Origin: Octopus sinensis
Lineage: Eukaryota
DNA length: 64,000 nucleotides
Direction: 5' to 3'
Assembly (NCBI RefSeq): GCF_006345805.1
Contig: NC_043007.1
Location: forward strand, 59,210,001-59,274,000
The translations under genes were made by a program, and so were the position numbers. How positions within the stretch are numbered: position 1 is the stretch's first letter; each line of letters starts with the position of its first letter. The notes beneath the pieces are model-generated. The model had not been told where the DNA came from, made no database searches, and saw nothing but the letters and a program-made list of their open reading frames with translations. This document shows, one piece after another, positions 39,247 through 51,242 of the stretch.

Positions 39247-39635
39247 TATTTCCCACAGGAGGCTAAACAGAGAGGGGACAAACAAGGGATTAAGTCGATT
39301 ATCGACCCCAATGCGTAACTTATTTAATCGACCCCGAAAGGATGAAAGGCAAAGTCGACCTCGGCGGAATTTGAACTCACAACGTAACGATAGACGAAAT
39401 ACCTATTTCTTTACTACCCACAAAGGGCTAAACACAGAAGGGACAAACAAGGATTACATCGACCCCAGTGCGTAACTGGTACTTATTTAATCGACCCCGA
39501 AAGGATGAAAGGCAAAGTCGACCTCGGCGGAATTTGAACTCAGAACGTAACGGCAGCCGAAATACCCCTAGGCATTCCGGCCGGCGTGCTAACGATTCTG
39601 CCAGCGTGCTAACGATTCTGCCAGCTCGTCGCCTG
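39247..39635 (-). mobile_element. tRNA-derived SINE (family A), head-to-tail dimer with 16-bp TSD
   Basis: A-box-like tggcagaatcg and B-box gttcaaattcc on the minus strand; two tandem bodies; TSD taagggcctaaatatt (39231-39246) / taagggtctaaatatt (39636-39651). Confidence 0.85.
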
Positions 39636-40859
39636 TAAGGGTCTAAATATTAAATATGTTTTTATATTAACAAGGTATTTCATAGTTAATCGGCGAAGCA
39701 TAATCGTAGATTATTTAGACGAGAAAAATCGCGGAAAGACTTCTGCCCGTCCCCTCACCCCCCACCCACATTTTCTCCCAAATTTGTTTATTTAATTTTT
39801 TTTTTTTTTTTGCCAAAAATCCCCGTTTTCGGACACCAAGGTTCCGGAAAAATGCCCAAAATCGGGATTGTTCAATTTTTTTCAATTTTGACTTTTTCCC
39901 CCAACCGTAACTACAGAAATGTTTTGAAATTTTTGCCCGAATCATAATGTCCGTATTTTTCCGCATAATTAGAAAAAAAAAATTCTTAAAAAAAATGTTA
40001 TAAAAATTTTGGAAATTTTTTTCAGAATCATAATCTCCGTATTTTTCCGCATATTTTGAAAAAAAAAAAAAAAAAAAATGAAGGAGAGATGGTGGGGATA
40101 AAAATCGGTATTTTTAAAATACCGATTTTTGCCAATTTTTTTGCAAATTCGTATTCCCCGTAGCCGAAAAAGTGGGCGGGGTGAGTGTCGAAAGAAAAAA
40201 AAAATTTAAAGGTGGTTTTTTTTTTATGGTGGTGGTCTTGCCAAAATCGCAAATCGTGACCCCGGTGAAAAGAAAAAAAAAAACAATTTAATTAATTAAT
40301 TTAATTAGAATTTGGTAAAGTCCCCGCACATTAGAGGTGGCCGACTGAACGAAGGGAAACACTAATACTGTCTCCTACAGGCATAAAATTATTTTAAAGG
40401 AGTATTATGGTTTTTATGCTAAGACATATAATGGTATATTTTTATCAGACAGAAAGAAAGGTATTATAGTTGGGGGAATTGTCTGGGTAATGTAAATTGC
40501 TTCCGTTGTCAAACAGATGCCCATAAAACAAAATGTTTACATAGACGGACAATAAATTTATATGTAGAAACTACAGACAAACATTATTTATTAATTGTTG
40601 AAGCATCGTTTCAATTGCTTGTTTGTTTGTTGTTTTTGCTAAGGGAAATTACTAACAGACGTTAAAATAATGTGATAAAATCACACACATACCTATGCAT
40701 GTGTGCGCGCGCGCGCATTAGGGCTTTCGTCTGTCCGGTTGACCATATTTTTGCACTTGGATACGCAGGCCTAGGGAAGTTTTTTTTCCCAAATTTCTAC
40801 TTTCTACTGCTGATTTTTGCTCAAGGGAAAGGTCACTACTTCAGGGCACATACACCATG

Positions 40860-41380
40860 ACACCTGTATTATCCCAAGCATTGCTGCTAGAACACAAAGG
40901 CTCGGAACACTATTCTAAACAACGGTGGCTCTGTAAGCAGTAATCCATGGAGAAAGCCTCCACTTTCACTACCCGCTTTGCATCAAACTCCACATTACAC
41001 ACCCTTAGCCAATCCCTTCTACCCTACAACTTTCCTATCCTGCATACACACACGCCAAGTGCAGAAATACATCCACCTGCTTCAAACAAAAGCCACCAGC
41101 CTTGACACTGTTCCTTCCATTTCACTCAAACATTGCGTAGCAGAGCTTGCTCTCATACTCACCAAACACTTTTAATCTGTTACTCTCTACAGGAATGTGC
41201 TGAGACATTTGAAAGCACACTTCAGTGAATGCCATTCCAAAGACAAACAACCTCTCTGACCCAGCCAACTATCGTCCTGTTGCTCTCTTAAAAGAAAATA
41301 GAAACAGCCAATAACAGTGACGTTCTCCATCACCTTGAATCTCTCTCCCAACAACAACCACAAGGACATGAATGGTCCAC
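40860..41380 (+). mobile_element. CR1/Jockey-like LINE relic, 5' part (RT N-terminus)
   Basis: KATSLDTVPSISLKHCVAELALILTKHF and DPANYRPVALL match KA.GPD.IP...LK.CA.EL...NYRPI.L. Confidence 0.75.
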
Positions 41381-42142
41381 AATATTGGGTAGGTTGCGTG
41401 AGAAGGCGAGAATGACCGCTCCAATATTTGTATAAGTTTTCATATTTTTTTAATTTCCCATTTGCATTTTCTATGGAAAAACATTCGTAAGATAAAGAAT
41501 AGAATAGATAAAAGTCTTCTCTACTATAACAGGCAAGATAATTTTATGAAAATAGTTCATAGTTATTGAAGACAGAATAAGTAGAAAAGAGTGAGAACTA
41601 CTGTAAGTAATATGTGCATGATTCGACATTACAACCCAATGTTGGTACCTTTTGTCGAACATGACACGAGCATATGAAGTAAGGAGAAGTAAAGGAGGTT
41701 AAGAGACCATCTCATGCAGCAGAGAGACATGGCTCTGCATGGGATCCGATTGGCCAGCTTTTTATAATCCGACAGAACTTGTCTGGAAAGTGCGGCCAGG
41801 CTGTTTGGCGTGGAGATTCTAGCTTACTTGGTTGTATACCAGCTGAATTGACTGGCTGATATTCGTGGAGACGTTGGTACCTCTTAAGACGACACGATTA
41901 ATTTTTCATAACTCTCCTTGCCATTTATGACAGTTTGGCAGACTGTGGTCCTTAGCTGAGTGCAATTTTCAAAACTCAGCAGGAACCTCGCCACGGTAGT
42001 CTTCCTGCAGTGAGTTTGTTATTATATTTACATGTAACAAAAATAGAACAACTAGAGTAAATACATTACATTACGTAAACCACCAGAAAAAAATCAAAAT
42101 GTACAGAGAGTTCAAAATAGTCCAATATATGTATAAATTATT

Positions 42143-42556
42143 GGATCTTTTCGGTTTGAACGGCAGTTTTTAACATAATTTCTAGGTAACTAAAAATTTT
42201 AAACTTCGTATACTGGTACAATGTGTTTATAAAACATCTTTTTCTCTTGGTTTTATTGAGAAAATTCTATAGTTTGTAAGATATTTGTTGTTTTTTACTT
42301 CAATTTCTGCAATTTCAACCAATCAATGACTTTTATTGAGGTAAAAAAAACATTGTGCCGTATGAATATGTCCCTCGTTTAAGAAACAGATTGGGTTTAT
42401 TTACATTTCTGAAGAAAAAAAATACCCTTCCCCCCACCCCTAACCCTAACCCTAAAACATATTGAAATGCAATAGATCGATACTAGGGTCATAATTATGG
42501 GTGACAATTTCATATGACACCGCTAGAAAAAACTGCCGTTCAAACCGAAAAGATCC
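42143..42556. mobile_element. Non-autonomous TIR element (MITE), Merlin-like, with internal (CCCTAA)3
   Basis: Perfect 29-bp TIRs ggatcttttcggtttgaacggcagttttt; exact 8-bp TSD aaattatt at 42135-42142 and 42557-42564. 5'-GG ends plus an 8-bp TSD fit Merlin; hAT or P is not excluded. Confidence 0.85.
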
Positions 42557-43047
42557 AAATTATTATAGCACAAAAAATGGCATTACACGTGTTGGCAGGC
42601 CACTTTTAGTAGTATTGTCTTTTTTCGTGTACTAGTGGTATCTGTATATGTCTAAGTGAATTTGATGTTGTATTTGAAGATGTGCCTTCCTTGTGATTGG
42701 CATTAATGTAAGCGTTCTAAGTCTTCACTGTTTGCTATCAGGGCAGTAATTTCGGTAAGTCGGACATACACTACAGCAGATGATACACATAACTGGACGG
42801 ATCGTGACACGTGTTAGAATCTCCAACTGTCTTACAACAAGGAAGAGTTAAAGTTGTGCCATAAAGCAGCTCTACTAGGGTAAAAGCTAGGTCTGCCTTA
42901 ATTGACGTTCTGAAACACATTAGTATAATAGGCAGATATTCCAGTCATCTATCTGTGTTACCATATGTTTTAAGTGATGTTTTAAGTTGGTGTTAGAAAC
43001 TTTTTCGCCGCGAAATGATAAGCCGTAGTATGAATCCTCTTAGTACC

Positions 43048-43214
43048 ATGGACCTGAGAACAGGGGGTGCAAGCGCAACTCTTAAAATTTTTGGTGTGTG
43101 CAAACTCAAAATTTGTACTCTTACTTTTCTCGGATTTAGAAAACAGTGCCTTGTTTGTAAAAAAGTTTTGAACCTGGGTTTGCATCCCCTAAGCAAATTT
43201 CATTCCCAATCCAG
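43048..43214. mobile_element. Small insertion splitting the Gypsy integrase
   Basis: About 165 bp separates ELTQFL from GTKRIHTTAYH, which are adjacent in intact integrases; weak terminal inverted similarity. Confidence 0.4.
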
Positions 43215-43618
43215 GAATTGGGTTAACTCAGTAAGCAAGTTGCCGGCTTGTGTCAGTTGTTATTATCGCTGGAGTTCCAAAATACGAAATCCCGTGGAAA
43301 AGCAACGTTTTGCTACTGTTGAACATGAAACATCTCCAATCAATATAGGTCAACAGATAGCTTTAGCCCTGAACGGGAGATAAGGGTATAGCAATCTATA
43401 TGTGTAAGTGTTGAAAACGAGCGTCCGGTACAGCTAAAGTTTATAGGAGAGATTTAATATGTAGATATATTTCTGCTTTTGACGACGTATACAATTCTTA
43501 GCCCACTGACAAACCTGTTCATATTTGGCCGAATGAAACGAGCTGTAATGAAATTTTTATGATGTTGCAACTTCCGGACGATACAAATTGTGAAGGGAAA
43601 AAAATGGTCACTACATAT

Positions 43619-43852
43619 TCATAGTCCAAAAGATGTGGTAATAGTTGTCTTGCAAATGTTTTTGGATTCTATTGGAATCTGGTTATATGCACAAACTAAA
43701 TCTATCTTTGAAAAATCTGTAGCACCATGTAGAGATGATGAGAAGTCATAAATGTGAGGAATAGGATATTTATCAGACACCGTTTTGGCATTTAACATCC
43801 TACAGCCACCAGAGGGACGCCAATCACCTTTGGTCTTTTTCGGGATTAACAT
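43619..43852 (-). pseudogene. Gypsy reverse transcriptase N-terminal fragment
   Basis: ORF reads [34 protein letters not shown]...[14 protein letters not shown]...TTITTSFGL, diagnostic of Ty3/Gypsy RT. Confidence 0.9.
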
Positions 43853-44174
43853 GCAGTTTACGCTTGTAAAAAAGTTGGATCTTTTCGGTTTGAATGGCAG
43901 TTTTTCCTAGCGGTGTCATATGAAATTGTCACCCATAATTATGACCAAAATATCGATCTATTGCATTTCAATATGTTTTAGGGTTAGGGTTAGGGGTGGG
44001 GGGAAGGGTATCTTTTTTTCTTCACAAATGTAAATAAACCCAATCTGTTTCTTAAACGAGGGACATATTCATACGGCACAGAATGTTTTTTTACCTCAAT
44101 AGACGTCACTGATTGGTTGAAATTGCAGAAATTGAAGAAAAAAAACAACAAATATCTTACAAACTATACAATTT

Positions 44175-45353
44175 GGATCTTTTCTTTTTGAAAGCCAGAT
44201 TTTTCTAGTTAACTAAATAATTTGAAACTTCGTATACTGGTAGAATGTGTCAAAAGAAAACAATGATTTCAACTAGTTTTTTTGACAAAAATGTATTTTA
44301 TAAGTTTAAACGTAGTTTAAATCTGCGAATTTTAACCAATCGTATGTCTGTTTTTATTTGAAATTATTAGCTGCATAGTGTTAATGTGACTTAGATAGCT
44401 ATTTTGTGAGTGGGTAAGCAGTAAGCAAACAGCTGTGGTAGATGTGGTTATCATGGCAGTGGTGATAGTGGTGACAGTGGATGTGTATGATGGCAGCAAT
44501 TATAGTGTTGGTGGTGGTGGTAGCGGCAGTGGATGATGATGATAATGATGATGATAGTAGTAGTAGCATTGATTATGTTAGGATGTCTCATGGATGGTAG
44601 TGTTGGTGTGTGTGTGTGTGTGTGTGTGTATGTATGGATCAAAACAGTTTGATTCAAATTCTGTGGTACTTATATATTCATACATACATATACATGTAGA
44701 TAACATATATATATTGTATGTAAACATCTTTTATATATATATAATGTATGCATCTATAATACACACACATTATAATTATATACACATATATGCATATGCA
44801 TTAGAACATGTGTGTATAGGTGTATATATATATATATCTATATATATAAAACTGTAGTTGTGTGAGTGTCTGTCCCCTTCGATTTAGATTCCTAACTCCT
44901 CCCACATTTTGCGGTGCAGTTTAACCAAATTCGAGTATCTTATAGTCGTGATTCATATCGAGCCCGTCTGAGTATTAGCGCGCGTCTACGATGAGTCTGC
45001 GATTTTAAAAATAATTTAACATCATTTTTTTATTCCATTTTAATGCATAATTTTTCGTGTGTCGATGGCGGCGGAGTTGGCGTCCACGCTCAAACACCTG
45101 CACTTGTGTTTGCTTCTCCCCCTTCTTCCCTCCCTCGTGAAGCTGTGGGGAAGGGAGTGTAAGGAAATCAACGTCGTAAAGCATTGTCAAGGAGACCAGC
45201 GTTCTTTTAGAACAACGACTTCATGGCTTGAAGACACCAAAACAGAAATGGCTAAGAAAGCCCGAATTGGCATCTATAAGGGAAGTAACTCTCTAAAAAT
45301 GCTTATATAGTTATTTCCCTTACAAACCCGAGCAACGCCGGGCGATACTGTTA

Positions 45354-45418
<65 letters not shown>

Positions 45419-45783
45419 TATGTTTGTATACATGTGTGTGTACCTATTTAGGATCTACACGAATTTTATATATACTCCACGAAGTTTACGATAAGCGGAG
45501 ATGTTTATATTTTAGCTATTTACATGTTTACGTTAACTACGTCACAAAATAGCTGTTTACGTCACAGTAACAATATTTTGAGAAGCAGTAAATAATATGA
45601 GGCCGAAAGAAAGAATATTATTGGTTAAAATTCGAATTTTTAAACAACGTTAAACTTAGAAATTACAATTCCGTTTTCATTTTGGTTTACAATTATGTTT
45701 TCTTTTGACACATTCTACCAGTATACGAAGTTTCAAATTGTTTAGTTAACTAGGAAAATCTGGCTTTCAAAAAGAAAAGATCC
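44175..45783. mobile_element. Related TIR element (1.6 kb) nested in the MITE
   Basis: ~90-bp TIRs beginning ggatcttttctttttgaaagccagattttc; 8-bp TSD tacaattt / tagaattt (one mismatch). Confidence 0.82.
44837..45354 (+). mobile_element. Non-autonomous Helitron
   Basis: 5' TC(tatatatataaaa); 3' hairpin cccgagcaacgccggg followed by ttag (CTAG variant); inserted between A and T with no TSD. Confidence 0.75.
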
Positions 45784-48264
45784 TAGAATTTTCTCAATAA
45801 AGCCAAGAGAAAAAGATGTTTTATAAACACATTTATTGTGCCAAAATTTGAAGTTAGTATTATGCATGATTTCTAGAGGAGCGTCTTGACGCCAAGTTTT
45901 GGAACGGGAAGTCGAACGAGCGGGAAAACGAGGCGTTTTGAGACATTCCGTTTTACCGCGAGTGACTGGATTCTGTCCTCAGTAAACTTATGGAATGCTG
46001 TTAGTTCTGAAGATAAAGAGGAAACGAAGAAGCTAAGGAAACTGGCAATAATATGACAATAATACCATCCGCTAACTTCACTGGTTGATCAAGAGTTACA
46101 ATCGCTCACTGATGCTAAAATCCTTTCTACTATAGACACAAGGCTCGAAGTTTTGGCGGGATGGGGTGTCGATTATATCGACCTCAGTGCTCAACAGGTA
46201 CTTATTTTATTGACTCTTAAAGGATGAAAGGCAAAGTCGATCTCGGCAGAGTTTGAACTCAGAATGTAAAGCCGAAAGAAATGTCGCAAAGCATTTTGTC
46301 CATCGTGCTAACGTTTTGCCGAGTTTGCACAGTGATAACAATTGTTTCATGAAGATTCCTCTATGGAAATATTTTCGAGCTGTTTTTTCTTACTTAGTAG
46401 TTATGAAAGCCTTTTATCACAAAGGGTTTTGATCGGAATACTTTTGCTGAGGACTGGACGTGTATTTTAATATTTCTAATGTAATTCCCTGGTACAAAAT
46501 GGTTCCTGCATGAGCTATAATTAAGTCCTTTACCTCTACGCTTCGGGACAGTGGAAGGACACTTATTAAACTGAGTTGATGAGATTCGGACTGAATTTTA
46601 AAGGCCGAGAACTGAGTTTCCAACTGCGCAAACCAAATCACAGTATTTCTCGTTCAAAGTGGAGGTATGGAAACGGATATCGCAGGAAAAAAAATGTTTT
46701 GCTTATCCATTCACTCAATAACAGCGGTGAACGATTAAAGAATATGCAGCTGAGATGTCAGTGAAACAATTATGCAATAAAACATGATTTATCGCCGTAC
46801 AAGAAAAAGGGCGATTGAAAACGCCGATAACCGACTAGAAACAACAGTCAAACACCGTGATTTACCATTGCTAAATGTTCAGATGTACAGAAAAATATTG
46901 GGCACAACATTATATCAGTTTTAATATTGACCAGTAGAAATTATTTCTGTAGTCAGTGGTTTGTCGAGTCAATAATTTGGTCGTAGAGATGCTGGGTCGA
47001 GGTTACCATTTTAGTTATTAGAGATATCGGATGATATTGGTGCGTCGAGTTCATCGAGCTCAATTTAGTGTTGTCATTCGCGGGTATTTTAAAAAAAAAT
47101 TTCATCGGGTCACCATTTTAGTGTGTGTAATGAACTTACATATGTCAAGGTCACCATTTCGGCAGGTCGTAGTCATTAATTCATCGTTGGTAGGTTGCAT
47201 ATGGAGGCGAGAAATGACCATAGCAATATTTATATAAGTTTCCATATTTTTTAATTTACCCATTTACATTTATATGTATACAAATAATTGATTTTATGGG
47301 AAAACATTAATGAGTTAAGGGATGGAATAGTTAAAAATCTTCTGTACTACAATTTTGTAGACAATATTATGAAAGCAGTTCATAGTTATTGAAATCAGAA
47401 TAAGTAATACTATTGCATATATAGGGGGTTTTAAGCAACCATTGCTTCTTTTATGTTATTATTATATCGTATATTCTCTAATTAGTCGGGGTCACCAATT
47501 TTCCTATAGGCGGTTTAGGCTACCATGAGCTTTCTCTAATGTCATTATTATATAAATATAACATTTTATATTATGTACATGTGAAAGAAAAGATAATTTT
47601 CGTCGTGTAGAAGTACGACTATATATTTCACTAGCTAATTCATAAATCTAACTAATAAATGAATCACAACAATTCAAATAAGACTTGTCGGATTTTCCTT
47701 GGACATGGCATGAAAAATCATCAATGTCTCAAATGAGTGAGTGCCGTGGAGTTTAGTTACATCCAACAAACACTAAAGTTTTTCCTAAAATCCAGGGTTT
47801 TTATAACTGCTCAACTTGACTTAAAAGAATCGAAATTACATACATATATTCTTTAAGTAACTTTTATTATTCTTATATGAGCAGTTATATTAACCAATGA
47901 AAAAACGACAATAACATTTCTTCGGCAATACGACATTACGTCATATTGCCGGCTACCACATATTGGCGCCTTATTTTAAAATGGCTACTTGCTACACATA
48001 TAAGTAATGTGTGCAAGATTGGTACCTTTTGTCAAACATGACATAAGCATGTGAAGTAAAGAGAAGTAAAAGTAGAAGAGAGTGAGAGATCGTCTTATGC
48101 AGCAGAGCAGCATGCTTCCATGTGATTTCTGGATGGCTCTGCTTGGGATTCAATTCACTAGCTTTTTATAACTCAACAGAGTTTTTCTAGAAGGCTTGAA
48201 CAGACTATTTGGGGGGAAGATTTCAGCTGGCTTGATTACACACCAGCTGACGTGATTAATCAAA

Positions 48265-49330
48265 CCATGTTTACATAGGCGTTAATTGCCTTTTTTCAGC
48301 AAAGCTTTTAGCTCTGTCTGGCATGCACATCTCCTATGACAACTTTCCACCGCCTGGTTGTAACAACCTCTCATCTCTTGGATCAGTATATTCCTATCAG
48401 ATCATACCATTACAGCATGTGTTGATACAGCTCTTTCTGCCCCACTCTCAGTGGAGTCCGGTATTCTCCAGTTTTGGGTTATGTACCCCACTCTCTTCCT
48501 ACAATACATCAATGACATACATAGCACCACATCCAACAATACCGACTTTTATGTAGATGACATGTCCTTTCATTCCTCCCTAACCTTTCCTTAGCATGCA
48601 TCATCCACATACAACCTAAATATCACTTCCCAAACCTGCATTGATTCCATAAAAGGAGACATTGAGAGTATCCTTCAATGAGGCCATGCCAATCTTGCCA
48701 AATGCTGGACCTCACTATCACCAAGGATCTTTTCTGATGAAAGCACATCCTTAACACATGGCCCTCTGCAAAACCAGAAAATATTTCAGCTGCCAACAGT
48801 TGCAGTCAGCCTGCAGTGAGGGCCACAATAAAGTACTATTCCCATAGTATTGCCATTTGCAGGTGTTTTTTTTTTCTTCATCAGGTCACCATTTTAGTGT
48901 GTGTAACGAATTTATACATGTCAGTGGCACCATCTAAGACAACACTGCTGCTAGAAACACAGACATCCTGGATTGCATCCAGAGAAGGGCTATTCAATTG
49001 ACTGGCATTCACTCACCAACTGATCTACTCCAACCTGTCCTATAGGTGTGCTATCACCTCTCCCTGTTTTTTTCTTTCACTACTATAATGGTTGCTGCTC
49101 CTCAGTACTTTCTGACATTATACTTCTAACATTCAGGCATCCTTGATACCCTTCTCTCTTCACTACTTACCACCTTGGCTGTATCCTATTTTCTTGCTCC
49201 CTCCACTTTAACCATTATCCCCAGTCTTTCCTCCAGAGGACAGGAGCTCCCTAGAAAAGTCTCCCTGCTCATGTCTTCCCCATAAGTCTTGAACTGCAAA
49301 AGTTTAAATGGAGCAATAATAATAATAATA
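48265..49330 (+). mobile_element. CR1/Jockey-like LINE relic, 3' part, continuing 40860-41380 across the Gypsy insertion
   Basis: SKAFSSVWHAHLL, PTLFLQYINDI and FYVDD RT motifs, then the C-terminal HYYNGCCSS / QSFLQRT segment and an (AAT)n tail at ~49316-49330. Confidence 0.78.
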
Positions 49331-50464
49331 AGCTCACTGTTCTGGGAGTTGCAGGCAATATGACACAGTCCTCACTTTGCTCAGACTCAGCAAGTGAAAA
49401 AAAAAAGCCACCACCCTATATTGGAACTTTTATAACTGACTTCAAAAAAAAAAATGGAGGAAATGAAAGCGACAGAGGAAGCAGGCTTTGAATATATCAT
49501 CATCATTGGCACTGTGAGCTGATTTTAGGAGTATTTACACCATTCATCTATAAGAAATTTTTTCCATGACAAAATAGTGAATGGCTTCCTTATGGGTTTG
49601 AACGTGCCCCAAGCATATTTGAACTGGTAATAACTTTGTATTCATACACATCACAGCTTAGCGCTGCCACCCCGTATATTGTTTTAATGTTTTCTTTCTC
49701 AAGCTTGCATAAGTTAGATAGAATTCATTTATGCAGATTTTCTGTGGCTGATGCCCTTCCTGTCATCAGGCCTCACCTATATTTTCCCAATAGCCAGAGA
49801 TTTATTTTCCTGGAAGACAAGACATTAACATCATGTGTGTGGTGGCGATGCTCATTTACAACTATCACATGATGTCAATACAAAGGTATACACAGACACA
49901 CATATATAAACACACACACACTTTAAGCTTTTTTCAGTTTCTGTAAACCAAATCCACTCATAGGGGTTTGGTTGGTTCAAGGCTACAGTAGAAGGTGTCA
50001 TGCAGTGGGACTGAACCTAAAACCGTATGGCTGAAAAGCAAGATACTTAACCACACAGCCAAACCTGTGTCTATATTTTAATATATGTGTGTGGTGTGTG
50101 TGTGTGTGTGTATCATCATCATCATTTAGCATCCATTTTCCATGTGGGCATGGGTTAGACAGTTTGACTGGGACTAGTAAGCCGGAAAGCTGCACCATAC
50201 AGATGACTGGAGCCTGTCATATGGATATGACAGGCTCCAGTCATCTGTTTTGGCTTGGTTTCTATGGCTGGATGCTCTCTCTAATGCCAACCAATTTACA
50301 GAGTGTACAGGTTTTTTTTTACATGTCACTGGCACATAGACACACACATCTATTTATGAAACAGTTTAAATTGTTTATTTTTTTTACTTACTGAATCCGA
50401 CAGAAGGGGTTGAGCCCATGGCCTAAGCAGATCCCCTCAAGACTGGTAAGACTAGCATCATTCA

Positions 50465-50740
50465 TATTCCCCTTGAACTTTTATAAGTCAACACTTGCAG
50501 GGAAAGCATGATCAGAGAAGGAATTCCAGAGAGTTGACATTCTGGGAAGGAAAGATTTGGTGTAATGATGAGTGGTGGTGGTGGTGGCAGGCTTTAGGAT
50601 GGTGGCCACAAGAAAGATGATAACAGGAGAGGTGAGTGTGAATGGAAATGCCTGACAGATATTGCTTGAGCCAGCCAGCTCCAAGGAACAGAGGCTATCA
50701 TAACATCTGCCAAAAAGGCAGAGAAAAAAAGCACACTTGT
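50465..50740 (-). mobile_element. 3' fragment of the same LINE type, inverted
   Basis: ORF 50481-50762 contains TKSFLPRMSTLWNSFSDHAFP, the typical SFFPRT..LWNSLP..VFP C-terminus. Confidence 0.7.
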
Positions 50741-50879
50741 GGGCTATGGGTTGAAGAGGCAATGTTATAGTGGGTCAGATGTCATCAAAACCAAATTACA
50801 TTTGATATCAAAGTAGCTAATAGTAGTGAGACATTGGCTTGCAGAAGTTGTGCACAGGTTGTGAAAAAAAAAATGAAGC

Positions 50880-51130
50880 ATGGGCTGCTACATGTGTAAT
50901 ATTAGTATATATGATCAATGAGGCATAGAAGAGGAGAATGATAAACTGGGTACAAGGGGAATCAAATGTAGCATGCAAAAAGAGACAACTGCATTGGTAC
51001 AAACATGTAATGTGTATAGATGATAATAGATAAGCAAAGAAGTAGTAGAAAATCCATGTGCAAGTAATCAGTAGAAGACATCAAGAGAAGTGGTGCAATG
51101 TTGTGTTGGAAAGGACATGTTCAACACATA
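50880..51130 (+). mobile_element. RTE LINE C-terminal fragment
   Basis: LG...I.CSMQK.QLHWYKHVM resembles the RTE R..LG...I......RLRWYGHV.R motif. Confidence 0.5.
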
Positions 51131-51242
51131 TATGGATAGGCAGATATAAAATGATGAAACATGTTGATGTGGGTGTGTGCAATATGTATATTTTCAAATG
51201 CTGACAATAGTCTCTCTAACTACTCTCTCACTCTTCCTATTA

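Larger units (their letters stand above)
43877..45855. mobile_element. Second, inverted copy of the 42143 MITE, split by a nested element
   Basis: 43877-44174 is the reverse complement of the right part of the 42143 element; homology resumes at 45784. Confidence 0.82.
41386..48260 (-). mobile_element. Ty3/Gypsy LTR retrotransposon, degenerate, with nested insertions
   Basis: Diverged direct repeats (LTRs) at ~41386-41860 and ~47188-48260, the latter interrupted at ~47405-48020. tRNA-Trp PBS-like motifs near 47144. gag-like WFAQLETQF at 46417-46641, RT fragment [10 protein letters not shown]...YPIPHI...FSKIDLV at 43619-43852, integrase fragments FGTPAIITTD and GTKRIHTTAYH at ~42990-43400. Confidence 0.8.
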
